DNA from: Deltaproteobacteria bacterium
GTDB lineage: Bacteria; Myxococcota_A; UBA9160; SZUA-336
Direction: 5' to 3'
Assembly: GCA_029261895.1 (NCBI GenBank)
Contig: JAJDAK010000011.1
Coordinates: 3,424 to 67,423, forward strand
Length of the DNA stretch: 64,000 nt
The notes below the pieces were generated by a model, which saw only the letters and a program-made list of their open reading frames with translations, was not told the origin of the DNA and made no database searches. The position numbers and the translations under genes are program-made. Of the stretch, positions 8,970-18,284 are shown one piece after another (position 1 is the stretch's first letter; every line of letters begins with the position of its first letter).

Positions 8970-9788
8970 CTATGAATTGCGCGAAAAGAAGAGCCGCTTC
9001 GCGTTCATGTAGAGATACTTGTCGAGCACGCCTTCGCGCAGATCGAGCCCAGCGGCTTCTTCAAGACAGCGCACCATCGAGAGTGCTGGGTGGTCGGAAG
9101 CAAAGATCACTTTGTCCTGGCCGCGCGTATTCATGTAGTGGATGAGCTCGGGCGGAAAATACTTTGGCGCGTACGCACTGGTCTTCAGATACAGGTTCTT
9201 ATATTTCAGCATCAACCGAATGGCTTCCTGCCACCAGGGGTCGGTGCCATGCGCCATCACCAGCTTCAACTCCGGAAAATGAAGGCATACTTTGTCGAGG
9301 TGCATCGGGTGCTGACATTCGCCGGGCACAGGCGGCCCAGGAATCCCCGTGTTGATCGTCACCGGTAAATCGAGCTCGATGCACTTGGCATAGACGGGAT
9401 AGTAAATCGGATCGCACCCCGGTCGATCGATCCAGAACGGCGTGACCCGCGCGAGAACGACCGGATAATTTTCCGCGAAACTCTCGAGCGCCCGAATGAC
9501 TTTCATCCCGCGGCGAGGATCCACCTGCGCGCCCAGCGAAAAGCGATCGGGATGGGCCTTGGGAAATGCGAGCACGTGGTCCGATGGCCGCTCGGGCTCC
9601 GTGGTGACGATCGCGCGTTCCACTCCCAAGCGATCCATTTCCTCCACGACTTCCTCGACTGAGTAATCGCGAAAAAAATCTTCGCCGCCATTGAACAGGT
9701 CTTCCGCCACGCGCACCAGGTAGTCGGGGCGGCCCAACTCGCTCATGTTGACGTTGATCCAGGTATCGATCGCCCGGAGATCAGTCAT
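8970..9788 (-). CDS. Amidohydrolase family protein (Amidohydro_2)
   Basis: YYPVYAKCIELDLPV, LVMAHG, YLKTSA and IFASDHP motifs. Confidence 0.85.
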   Translation of the reverse strand: MTDLRAIDTWINVNMSELGRPDYLVRVAEDLFNGGEDFFRDYSVEEVVEEMDRLGVERAIVTTEPERPSDHVLAFPKAHPDRFSLGAQVDPRRGMKVIRALESFAENYPVVLARVTPFWIDRPGCDPIYYPVYAKCIELDLPVTINTGIPGPPVPGECQHPMHLDKVCLHFPELKLVMAHGTDPWWQEAIRLMLKYKNLYLKTSAYAPKYFPPELIHYMNTRGQDKVIFASDHPALSMVRCLEEAAGLDLREGVLDKYLYMNAKRLFFSRNS

Positions 9789-10752
9789 CGCCGCGTAGAA
9801 TTGGCACGCTGAAAAACTGCTTCATCCAGCGTCGGTAGGTACCAATCTGGCCGTCTCCATCGCAGAGCAGTGGTCGGCTGTAGTAGTGCTTGTTCTCCCA
9901 AATGACGATGTCCTCCGCCATTTGTTTTTCCAAGTCTTTAACCAGCGCCGCTCCCACGCCCCGAGTGGCCGAAACCCCGTCGACCTCACGTACCGCGTAC
10001 GCGAAACTCACGTCAGTTGTGTCTTCATCAATCGGCGTTGAGGTATTGACCATCAAAGTTTCCGCGATTCCCGAAACATCAACGGTTTGCAACCCCGGCC
10101 CATAGTCCGTCGTATCGATCCCACCAGTGATCTCACCCTGCGGCGTACCCATCTTCATACGCGATCGGCAACGCAGAATATGACCGTCGATGTCGACTTC
10201 GGTCTCGGGAGACGTATGCGTGCCGTGCACGTAGCGGAAATGAATTTGATCGACAGCGTTCTCGTTCATATCCAGCCAACGACTCTTCACCGTCCAGCGT
10301 CGGATTTGATACGGCGACCATTCCGAAGACCCACATTGCCATAGCTCGGGCACCTCATACGAAGGCGGCTCGTCCTGATCGTGATACCAAGTAAAGAGCA
10401 AGCCGTTACGTTCGACCAAAAGCCATGCACGCATCTTCGCCGTACGAGGAATTTTCTTCGCATACGGAATCTCGATACAGCGCCCTTCTCCATCCCAGAG
10501 CCATGCGTGGAACGGACAGCGAATTCCCTTGCCATCTACCGTACCTCCAAAACCGAGATGCGCGCCCAGGTGAGGACAGTGCGCGTCGAGCAGATGTGCC
10601 TCGCCTTCTTCATCACGAAAGAGCACCAGATGCTGACCGAAGTAGTGCAACGCTTTGACCTCGCCGGCCGCGATGTCATCCGCATACGCGATGCGAAACC
10701 AACCGTTCGCATAGGCGGGAAACGGAAAACGTTGAGAAATCTGACGATCCAT
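9781..10752 (-). CDS. Rieske non-heme iron oxygenase (KshA / sterol desaturase-like)
   Basis: Rieske motifs CPHLG and CPFH; mononuclear Fe site ENAVDQIHFRYVH; DIVIWENK. Confidence 0.88.
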   Translation of the reverse strand: MDRQISQRFPFPAYANGWFRIAYADDIAAGEVKALHYFGQHLVLFRDEEGEAHLLDAHCPHLGAHLGFGGTVDGKGIRCPFHAWLWDGEGRCIEIPYAKKIPRTAKMRAWLLVERNGLLFTWYHDQDEPPSYEVPELWQCGSSEWSPYQIRRWTVKSRWLDMNENAVDQIHFRYVHGTHTSPETEVDIDGHILRCRSRMKMGTPQGEITGGIDTTDYGPGLQTVDVSGIAETLMVNTSTPIDEDTTDVSFAYAVREVDGVSATRGVGAALVKDLEKQMAEDIVIWENKHYYSRPLLCDGDGQIGTYRRWMKQFFSVPILRGDD

Positions 10753-10755
10753 CAG
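10741..10755. promoter_or_regulatory. Near-consensus operator CTGAC-gatcc-ATCAG overlapping the Rieske gene start codon
   Basis: One mismatch to CTGAC-N5-GTCAG, with matching flanks (AAAT...AT). Confidence 0.5.
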
Positions 10756-10803
10756 ATACGACGATATCTGTGGTGCGTCCGCAACGCAAGCGCTTTTCCG
10801 TGG

Positions 10804-11985
10804 TTAGGAATCGAAAAGTACCGGGACGCGATCGGGACCCCGAAACATGAGACCCACCACCCCGCATTGCTGGTCCAGATCGAGCCGAAGGCCAGGCAAG
10901 CGTTCGAAGAGCGCGCGCATGCCGATCTCCGCCTCCAGATACGCCAGGCGAGATCCCGCGCAATAGTGCTTCCCGAAGCCAAACGCGATGTGATCTTTGG
11001 CATCGCGATGGATGTCGAAACGAGCCGCGTCTTTGAAGTGTGATTCGTCGCGGTTCGCGGAACCGATCCCTACCAAGACTTGAGAACCGGCTGGAATCAT
11101 CGTGCCGGCAATCTCCACGTCCTCCAATGCCCGACGGGTCACGAGCTGCACCGGAGACTCCCAGCGCAGTCCCTCATCCAACGCAGGCCGCAGCATGTCG
11201 GGTACCTTGAGAACTTCATCGAACTGCGCAGGATCCCGGAGCAAACCGAGAAACGTGGAACCCATCAGATGATACGTCGTCTCCGCACCCGCGAGCACGA
11301 GCAGTCGGATGAAGCTCACGATCTCCTCTTCCGTCATCCGCTCACCGTCGATCTCCGCGTGGACCAGCCGTGTAATCAAGTCATCGGTCGGCTGCTGTTT
11401 TCGTTTTTCGACGACGGGACGCAGGTAGTCGGCCATACGTTGGGACGCTTCAAGACCACGATTCGCATCCACGGTAACGTGCGTGAGCGAAATCGCCCAG
11501 CGATGAAATTCGGCAACGTCGTCCACGGGCAAACCAAGAAGTTCGATAAATACTTTCAACGGATACACGAACGTAAACGCTTCCACCAAATCCGCCATGC
11601 CGTCATCAGCGAACTGATCAATCAGCTCATGCGCGATCGACTCAACGAGTTTTGGGAAGTCGCCGCGCAGCGCTCTCGGGGCTAACGCGGGTGTCACGAT
11701 ATTTCGATGCTTGAGATGCTCTTCACCATCCATCGCCACGATGGTGCGCCCCATCACCAGACTGATCCCTACGTCATTCGAGCTATTGGAAAACACCCGA
11801 TCGTCACGAAGCGCACGCGCTACATCGTCGTAGCGCGTGATGAGATACCCGTCGCCACCAATGGTTTGTATTTTCAGCACGGGGTGATCGCGTCGAAGCC
11901 GGGTATATGCCGAAAAAGGATCGCGCACCGCATCGAGTTCGCTGCCACCAAATACATCGATAAATGTCGGCGCGGCATCCGTCAT
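10804..11985 (-). CDS. Cytochrome P450
   Basis: I-helix AGAETT, EGLR (ExxR), heme motif FGFGKHYCAG. Confidence 0.95.
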   Translation of the reverse strand: MTDAAPTFIDVFGGSELDAVRDPFSAYTRLRRDHPVLKIQTIGGDGYLITRYDDVARALRDDRVFSNSSNDVGISLVMGRTIVAMDGEEHLKHRNIVTPALAPRALRGDFPKLVESIAHELIDQFADDGMADLVEAFTFVYPLKVFIELLGLPVDDVAEFHRWAISLTHVTVDANRGLEASQRMADYLRPVVEKRKQQPTDDLITRLVHAEIDGERMTEEEIVSFIRLLVLAGAETTYHLMGSTFLGLLRDPAQFDEVLKVPDMLRPALDEGLRWESPVQLVTRRALEDVEIAGTMIPAGSQVLVGIGSANRDESHFKDAARFDIHRDAKDHIAFGFGKHYCAGSRLAYLEAEIGMRALFERLPGLRLDLDQQCGVVGLMFRGPDRVPVLFDS

Positions 11986-12584
11986 GACAATGTCCTTCGC
12001 CCTTGCTGCGGTGCTTGAGCGATCAGCCGATAGACGGTGCCTAAGCCTTCGGCTGGATCGTCGGCTTCAGGACTGGGAAAAATCAACATCGAGAGCAACG
12101 CGCGGGTGATCCAATCCACCAACTGGCCGACACTCACTTGGCCACTCACCACGAGGCTCGTGTCCTTCAAGAGCGGGCCCATCAAACCCAGCAACCCATC
12201 GCGAATCAACGGAAACTCTCCGCGCAGCCACTCAAACATCAGCGGCATGTCGGTCTCGCGCAGGCGATTAAGAACAGGGTGCGCACGCATGTAGCGCGCG
12301 GTTTCGTCGAGCACATACTGAATCGCGTCCTCGCTCTCATCAATCGTCTCGAGTAGCTCGATAATCCGAGCGCGGTAGCGCTCGACTTCGTGCTCTGTCA
12401 GTGACGCGTAGACGGCGTCGCGGGTCGGAAAGTAACGGTACAGCGTGCCGCGTGAGACTCCCGCCGCGGCACTGATTTCACCCATGCTGAGCTTGCTCGC
12501 ACCATGGGTCGCGATAGCGCGCAAGGCCCCGGCGAGAATACGTATTCGGGTCTTTGGGCGTAGCTCAGGACTGCTGGATTCCAT
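11982..12584 (-). CDS. TetR/AcrR family transcriptional regulator
   Basis: HTH ISAAAGVSRGTLYRYFPTR. Upstream TTGACA-16-TTCAAT promoter-like element. Confidence 0.9.
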   Translation of the reverse strand: MESSSPELRPKTRIRILAGALRAIATHGASKLSMGEISAAAGVSRGTLYRYFPTRDAVYASLTEHEVERYRARIIELLETIDESEDAIQYVLDETARYMRAHPVLNRLRETDMPLMFEWLRGEFPLIRDGLLGLMGPLLKDTSLVVSGQVSVGQLVDWITRALLSMLIFPSPEADDPAEGLGTVYRLIAQAPQQGRRTLS

Positions 12585-12620
12585 AGGTCAAATTGAACAA
12601 AATATGCCTAATTTGTCAAA

Positions 12621-13865
12621 TCAGCTCGAAGCGCCATCCAGGCCGTAGTCGAAGAGCACCTTCACGGCGGAAGTTCTGCCCTGCCGATAACAGGTCAGAA
12701 AGGCTCGGCTGTAATCCTCGAGCGCAAAGCGATGCGTAATGATCGGCGTCACGTCGATATGCTTGTCGCGGATGAATTCGAAATACCATTCCATCGCGTG
12801 CTTGCGTCGCCCCTCGTATTCCTCGGTCGCGAATGCATTCGAGCCAATCACCCGCAGTTCTTTAAAGTAGAGCGGCGTCCACTCGAATCGCTTGGGCGTC
12901 TCAACGCCGGTCACCACGATTCGACCCCGTGGTCGTGTGATCCGTACACCAATTTCCAAGGTTTCCGCTTTGCCGACCGTGTCATAGATCAGGTCGACTC
13001 CACCATTGATCATCGGAAGCCCACGCCAGGGCGTGTAGAGTTTCTGTTCCAATAACTCGGCGACGTTCTCGACCACTTCATCCTTGGGCCAGTGTTTTAT
13101 GATCTTCTCTGCACCGAACTTTTCGGCCAGCACTGCTTGATGGGCGAACCGTGCGACGGCAAACACACGCACCGTTGGAAAGAGCGCATGTAAAATGGTG
13201 ATCGTCAGTAACCCTAAGGTGCCGCAGCCATAGACCAATGCAACGGAGTCCGCTTGTGGTGGATCGCGAAGCACCGCATGCAACGCCACGGCAAAAGGAT
13301 CCGCGAGAACCGCTGAGCTATCGGAGATGTGATCCGGAATTGGAATACATTGCGATTCGTGCGCAGGAACGAATTTTGCGAACCCGCCCGTCGCTTGCAC
13401 ACTATTGCCGTGATGCAAACCTGCATCGATTGAGCCGTTGGTGAAATTCAAACACTGCGCGAACTCACCGCGTTGACACCAATCGCAGAGCGGCAAGCCA
13501 CGGGGTATGCAGGACAACCATGGATTCAACACGACCCTTTCACCGATGCGACGGCGTGTAACACCTGGCCCCACCCGCTCGATCGTACCGACGACTTCAT
13601 GACCCAATACCTGTGGGAATGAGATCAACGCCGTCATGGGGTTGTCCGAGGCACCGTTCAAGAAGACCTGTTTGGAATCGCTACCGCAGATCCCGCAGAG
13701 GTGCGTACGAATCACCACCCAGTCCGCAGCGGGTACGACCGGATCGGGAATCCGGCGCAATTGAAGCGGCGCTGTTGGGCCCACGTACGCGCCGGCCGTA
13801 AACAAACCGAGTGCACGGGTCGTCGCAAGTCGCGGCAATCTATGATCAAAGACCAGTGCACGCAT
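12621..13865 (-). CDS. Zinc-dependent alcohol dehydrogenase (MDR family)
   Basis: GICGSD, GHEVVG, structural Zn CDWC-x7-C, and VYGCGTLG motifs. Confidence 0.9.
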   Translation of the reverse strand: MRALVFDHRLPRLATTRALGLFTAGAYVGPTAPLQLRRIPDPVVPAADWVVIRTHLCGICGSDSKQVFLNGASDNPMTALISFPQVLGHEVVGTIERVGPGVTRRRIGERVVLNPWLSCIPRGLPLCDWCQRGEFAQCLNFTNGSIDAGLHHGNSVQATGGFAKFVPAHESQCIPIPDHISDSSAVLADPFAVALHAVLRDPPQADSVALVYGCGTLGLLTITILHALFPTVRVFAVARFAHQAVLAEKFGAEKIIKHWPKDEVVENVAELLEQKLYTPWRGLPMINGGVDLIYDTVGKAETLEIGVRITRPRGRIVVTGVETPKRFEWTPLYFKELRVIGSNAFATEEYEGRRKHAMEWYFEFIRDKHIDVTPIITHRFALEDYSRAFLTCYRQGRTSAVKVLFDYGLDGASS

Positions 13866-13867
13866 CG

Positions 13868-15076
13868 TTAGGCGATCACCTCCGTGGCGATCATGCGCTG
13901 AATCTCTGTTTGAGACAACCCGAGAATCTCACCCAATACCATCTCGTTGTGCTCGCCGAGACAGGGTCCGGGGCGCCGAAGCTCTGCGCTGCTGCTCCGA
14001 TGTCGAATCGCACTATGTTCGAAACGCAACGTTCCAAGATGAACGTGATCGAGGGATTGAAAATGTTCCCGATGTTCGAGTTGTGGATCGCCGTTCAGAT
14101 CTTGAAAATTCTGCACTGCACCGGCTTCGATACCCGAGTCTTGAAGTCTCTGCATTAACTCGTGTGCATCATAATCCGTGGTCCACACTCGTAGCCGTTC
14201 TTCGATCATATCTTCGTTGCGCCGACGACCCGCTAATGTTTCGAATTCGACATTCAACACCCAGTCCGGATTGCCCATGAAACGCACCAAGGCTTTCCAG
14301 TCGGCGTCGGTGTGCACCGCGATCGCGATCCACCGATCCACACCACGACAAGGATAGATTCCATGCGGCACCGCAAACTCAGAGCGATTCCCCATGCGTG
14401 TCACGGATTCACCACGGGCCGATTGGCGCGCCACCATTTCGGACAGACTGTAGACGGCGGCCTCAATCTGCGAGAGGTCGATGTATTGCCCCTCGCCCGT
14501 GCGATCGCGATGAAACAGCGCGGCAATCAATGAGAGCGCCACATACTTGGGTGAAAGTGAATCCGTAATCGTTGCGTACGGGCCCACGGCCTCACGATCG
14601 GGCCAGCCAGTAAGATGGTTAAAACCCGAGAGTGCGGAACCCTGGCCGCCGAAGCCGGGATACATGCGCTGGGGTCCGGTTTGCCCAAAGAGACAACTGC
14701 TCACCATGATGAGATCGGGTTTGAGCTCGCGTAAACGCGGATAGTCGAGACCCCATTTCGCCATCGCCTTCGGTGAGAAGTTCTCAGATACTACATCCGC
14801 CCAAAGGACGAGGCGTTTTACCAACTCGATCCCTTCAACCGTAGACATATTGATTGAAACACTGAGTTTGTTCGCGTTGAGTAGAACAAACATCGGCGCG
14901 GAGTCGAGCTCAGCATCGGAGTTCTTTGTCTGGGTGAGTGTGCGGAGAAAGTCGGGCCGCTTCGTACTCTCCACGCGTAAGACAGTCGCGCCTTGATCCG
15001 CTAGATATCGTGTGGCGACCGGGCCCGCCGCACCCGCACCAAGTTCCAGTACCTTGATACCGTCGAACGCGCCCAC
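13868..15076 (-). CDS. CaiB/BaiF class III CoA-transferase (probable catalytic subunit)
   Basis: AGP..TRYLADQGA, NANKLS, FGQTGP. An Asp is retained in TITDS. Confidence 0.9.
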   Translation of the reverse strand: MGAFDGIKVLELGAGAAGPVATRYLADQGATVLRVESTKRPDFLRTLTQTKNSDAELDSAPMFVLLNANKLSVSINMSTVEGIELVKRLVLWADVVSENFSPKAMAKWGLDYPRLRELKPDLIMVSSCLFGQTGPQRMYPGFGGQGSALSGFNHLTGWPDREAVGPYATITDSLSPKYVALSLIAALFHRDRTGEGQYIDLSQIEAAVYSLSEMVARQSARGESVTRMGNRSEFAVPHGIYPCRGVDRWIAIAVHTDADWKALVRFMGNPDWVLNVEFETLAGRRRNEDMIEERLRVWTTDYDAHELMQRLQDSGIEAGAVQNFQDLNGDPQLEHREHFQSLDHVHLGTLRFEHSAIRHRSSSAELRRPGPCLGEHNEMVLGEILGLSQTEIQRMIATEVIA

Positions 15077-15077
15077 G

Positions 15078-16289
15078 TCAGATGATTTCCTGCGCCTGAA
15101 GCGTTTCGAGTTCAGACAAGTCTATGCCGAGCTCGGCATAGACTTCGTGATTGTGCTCACCGATCCGTGGCGCACGTCGGCGCACGCCGATCTTGCGCGC
15201 CGTCGATTTGGCAAAAAAACCCGGGATTTCAAAATCTTCGCCCAACTCAGTTTCAATCGTGACGAAGAAATCCCGTGCACGAAGCTGAGGTTGGTCAACA
15301 ATCTCCGCCGCGTTATTGCACGGCGCGAGCAGGATCCGCCTCTTCAGGGCTTCCTCATAGAGTTCTCGCATGGTCTTGGTTGCGAAAAACGTGGTGAACA
15401 CCGCTTCGAACCGCGCGATCTCAGCATCCGCGAGCGTATTATGGTTGTACTTCGACCAATCGTATTCGCGCAGCCAATCCGGAGCGAGGTCGTTCTCATG
15501 CATGTACTCAACGGCCGCGATCAGGTTGGGGATACGTGCCGCGCCGCCGCGCAGTCCGAAGGAGACATAACCATCTTTGGCTCGCCAAATTTCGCGCGTT
15601 CGTCCAAGCACCGCACCCGAACGCGTACCGAGTCTCTCTGTATATGCGTACTGTGCCGCGCCGGTAATCAGTGAAGAAAGCTGGGCTTCCTGCATCGACA
15701 CATCGATGTAATCCCCCTGCTGGCTTCGACCCCGCGCATAGAGCGCGGTCAAGACACCGATCACGGCTTCGGGTCCAGCGTGATAATAGGCGGTCGGCAT
15801 GCTGCATCGAATCGGCGGGCGATCGGGATCTCCGGTCATCGATGGGTTGCCCCCCATCGCGACCGCAACCAAGTCATGCGCACGATACATCGCGTATGGA
15901 CCCGTCTGGCCGAACGGCGTGATCGATGCCCAAACGATGCCAGAATTCTTTGCACGTGCGTCCGCGTAACCGAGGTTCATTGCATCAAGCGTTCCGGGGG
16001 CAAAGGTTTCCAAGAGCACGTCTGCAACGCCGATCAGTTCACGCAATAACGCGCGACCTCGCTCGAATTCCAAACTTAACGTGATGCCTCGTTTGCTGCT
16101 GTTGAGCGCATGCCAGAGCAGGCTGCGCTCGGGGTCGTCGACACCCCCTAAGAACGGACCTCGACGCCCAGACAAATCGCCGGACGGCGGTTCGATCTTG
16201 ATGACATCGGCGCCGAGCTCCGCGAGGATCTTGCCCGCGAGGAAACCCGGCTCCTGTGTCAGGTCCAATACGCGAATACCCGAGAGCAC
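15078..16289 (-). CDS. CaiB/BaiF class III CoA-transferase (probable non-catalytic partner)
   Basis: LSGIRVLDL, LGADVIKIEPP, NSSKRG, PFGQTGP. No Asp at the equivalent position (PTAYY). Confidence 0.88.
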   Translation of the reverse strand: MLSGIRVLDLTQEPGFLAGKILAELGADVIKIEPPSGDLSGRRGPFLGGVDDPERSLLWHALNSSKRGITLSLEFERGRALLRELIGVADVLLETFAPGTLDAMNLGYADARAKNSGIVWASITPFGQTGPYAMYRAHDLVAVAMGGNPSMTGDPDRPPIRCSMPTAYYHAGPEAVIGVLTALYARGRSQQGDYIDVSMQEAQLSSLITGAAQYAYTERLGTRSGAVLGRTREIWRAKDGYVSFGLRGGAARIPNLIAAVEYMHENDLAPDWLREYDWSKYNHNTLADAEIARFEAVFTTFFATKTMRELYEEALKRRILLAPCNNAAEIVDQPQLRARDFFVTIETELGEDFEIPGFFAKSTARKIGVRRRAPRIGEHNHEVYAELGIDLSELETLQAQEII

Positions 16290-16295
16290 GCTAGA

Positions 16296-16316
16296 ATTCT
16301 AACACCTCGTCAGATT
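16296..16316. promoter_or_regulatory. Operator CTAAC-acctc-GTCAG (16299-16313) overlapping the -10 TAGAAT of the CoA-transferase operon, in a divergent region
   Basis: One mismatch to the shared motif. On the minus strand it reads AAATCTGAC-N5-GTTAGAAT. Confidence 0.6.
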
Positions 16317-16354
16317 TCGTTGGGGTATGCTATCTCCCCGGAGGAACACGTGTT

Positions 16355-17134
16355 TTGAGGCTCCAAGAGCTCTTTGATTTGACCGGCAGAAACGCCCTCG
16401 TCACGGGAGGCGGGCGCGGCATCGGGCGCCACCTTGCACTCGGGCTCGCGGAAGCCGGCGCGAACGTCGCCGTCGCCTCGCGCAAAATCGAAAACTGCCA
16501 GGCCACCGCCGTTGAGATCGAACGACTCGGGCGGCGCGGACTTGCGATCGGAACCGACTTAAGCCGTGAGGACGATATCGCGGCACTTGCAGCGCAGGTC
16601 ATCCACGAGTTTGATCACGTCGATATTTTGGTCAATAACGCGGGCGCGATCTGGGGTGAAGACACCCTGGAATACTCGATCGAGGGCTGGGACAAAGTTT
16701 TCAATGTGAATGTCCGTGGACTCTGGCTGCTTTCCCAAGCGATCGCTCGACATATGAAAGCAATCGGTTCAGGCAGCATCATTCACATCGGCTCTGCATC
16801 TGGGCTTCGCGGCGAGCGCGAGGAAGACATGCCGGCGATCGCGTACAACGCGAGCAAAGGTGCAGTAGCGACACTGACTAAGGACATGGCGGTCAAACTG
16901 GCACGCTACGGCATTCGCGTGAATTCGATCGCACCCGGCGCATTTACCACAGACATGATGAGTCACATCACTTCCGACCCGGACAAGCTCGACGCGTTCA
17001 ATGCGAAAATTCCGTTGGGTCGTTCCGCAGGCGAGGACGACATTAAGGGCGCGGTTGTATTCTTGGCCAGCGACGCAGCCGCGTACGTCACGGGCCACAC
17101 CCTCGTTGTAGACGGCGGAACGCTCGCGCTCTAA
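16355..17134 (+). CDS. SDR family NAD(P)-dependent oxidoreductase
   Basis: TGGGRGIG, NNAG, YNASK and VNSIAPG motifs. Confidence 0.93.
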   Translation: MRLQELFDLTGRNALVTGGGRGIGRHLALGLAEAGANVAVASRKIENCQATAVEIERLGRRGLAIGTDLSREDDIAALAAQVIHEFDHVDILVNNAGAIWGEDTLEYSIEGWDKVFNVNVRGLWLLSQAIARHMKAIGSGSIIHIGSASGLRGEREEDMPAIAYNASKGAVATLTKDMAVKLARYGIRVNSIAPGAFTTDMMSHITSDPDKLDAFNAKIPLGRSAGEDDIKGAVVFLASDAAAYVTGHTLVVDGGTLAL

Positions 17135-17260
17135 TAACTGCGTATGCTTTGCATGGCGGTGTTTTGACTCAAGTTCCACCAACGTCATCCCGATGTAGGG
17201 CATGACCAATACGACACATAACAGTGTCCGCCATCAGGTGACAGAACTCCTTAAAATGGT

Positions 17261-17370
17261 TCTGTCCCACGAAATGGCAAACCCGTCGTAATACGGGGAC
17301 GCAAAGCCAGTGCCCTACCGCGGTAGTCTTCGAATATCGCGCGGGTCGAACGGTTGGCGAATGGGTCAGA
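17261..17370 (+). ncRNA. c-di-GMP-I (GEMM-I)-like riboswitch aptamer
   Basis: Hallmark core GGCAAA-CCCGT-c-GTAA-t-ACGGG-GACGCAAAGCC. P3 can pair as GCC/GGT, CCC/GGG and CGCGGTA/TATCGCG; P1 as TCTGtCCCA/TGGGtCAGA plus CG/CG. A -10-like TAAAAT lies at 17252-17257. Confidence 0.65.
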
Positions 17371-17395
17371 TGATGAACTGCATTGAAGGAGATCT

Positions 17396-17473
17396 ATGTC
17401 CCTACCATACCTTTCAACGTTACCCCATGTGAGCACCGTGTTCCGCTACTTCGGCCATAGCGACGGCCTCTAA
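17396..17473 (+). CDS. Candidate 25-aa small protein MSLPYLSTLPHVSTVFRYFGHSDGL
   Basis: AAGGAG Shine-Dalgarno just upstream. Lies between the riboswitch-like element and a strong hairpin. Below the ORF-track length cutoff. Confidence 0.45.
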   Translation: MSLPYLSTLPHVSTVFRYFGHSDGL

Positions 17474-17503
17474 CATATTGGCGTAACCCACAGCAGAACC
17501 TTG

Positions 17504-17548
17504 GTGGCACCGCTCCCTGTACTCTGGAGCGGTGCCACTTTGCTTCTA
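17504..17548 (+). terminator. Intrinsic terminator-like hairpin
   Basis: Perfect 13-bp stem GTGGCACCGCTCC / GGAGCGGTGCCAC with a 9-nt loop, followed by TTTGCTTCT. Confidence 0.65.
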
Positions 17549-17591
17549 TATGAGTCGCTGACGATCGGCGGGAGCGCTACGCTCAATCGCT

Positions 17592-18284
17592 ATGAAGCGA
17601 ATTGCCTGTTTGATCGGTGCGGCGTATTTCCTATCGTCTGCCGCTGCGGCCGAATCACTCCGCGTTACCGAGCCACTCTCGATTACCGAACAAGACTGGG
17701 AATTCGTTGCCAAGAAGAACGGCATCGTGGTTTCCCAGCGACTCCACCCTGATGGTTTTCCCATCTTCCGTGGCGTCACGACCCTCGATGCGAGTCCGTG
17801 TGCATTGCTCGCTGTGATGCACGATGTCCCGCGTCATACCGAGTGGATGGAGCGATGTGCTGAGTCCAAGACGTTGAAGGTCGAATCGAAGTATCGTCGA
17901 ATCGTTTACAACCGGACCGACCTGCCCTGGCCTGCTGCCGATCGCGACACTGTGACACGTTCAATCGTGCGTGTGATCAAAACCGCGAGCACGATCGACC
18001 TTGAGTTTAAAGCGATACCAGACGTTCTAGATCCAATCGAAGATGTGGTTCGCATGCCCCGCCTTGAGGGGCGGTATCAGCTTCGTTCGACCGATCGGGG
18101 AACCGAAGTTACATATCAGGTTGCGGCGCATCCGGGTGGCCGTATTCCGGGCTGGCTCGTCAATCAGATCGTGCGGTCGATGCCGATCAAGACGCTAAGC
18201 CGACTGCCGGAGCAGGAAGCGAAACATCATGAGACCTATCAGTCATTTCGCGAGGAGTGTCAGGCCTGGCCTGCAACCAAGTAA
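17592..18284 (+). CDS. Secreted START-domain (lipid-binding) protein
   Basis: Signal peptide ending AAA-ES; LPWPAADRD and HPGGRIPGWLVN motifs. Confidence 0.85.
   Translation: MKRIACLIGAAYFLSSAAAAESLRVTEPLSITEQDWEFVAKKNGIVVSQRLHPDGFPIFRGVTTLDASPCALLAVMHDVPRHTEWMERCAESKTLKVESKYRRIVYNRTDLPWPAADRDTVTRSIVRVIKTASTIDLEFKAIPDVLDPIEDVVRMPRLEGRYQLRSTDRGTEVTYQVAAHPGGRIPGWLVNQIVRSMPIKTLSRLPEQEAKHHETYQSFREECQAWPATK

Noticed and set aside
17251-17436. 61-aa minus-strand ORF in the SDR-START intergenic region
   Set aside because: No clear RBS or motif. The region is better explained by the plus-strand riboswitch-like element and small ORF.
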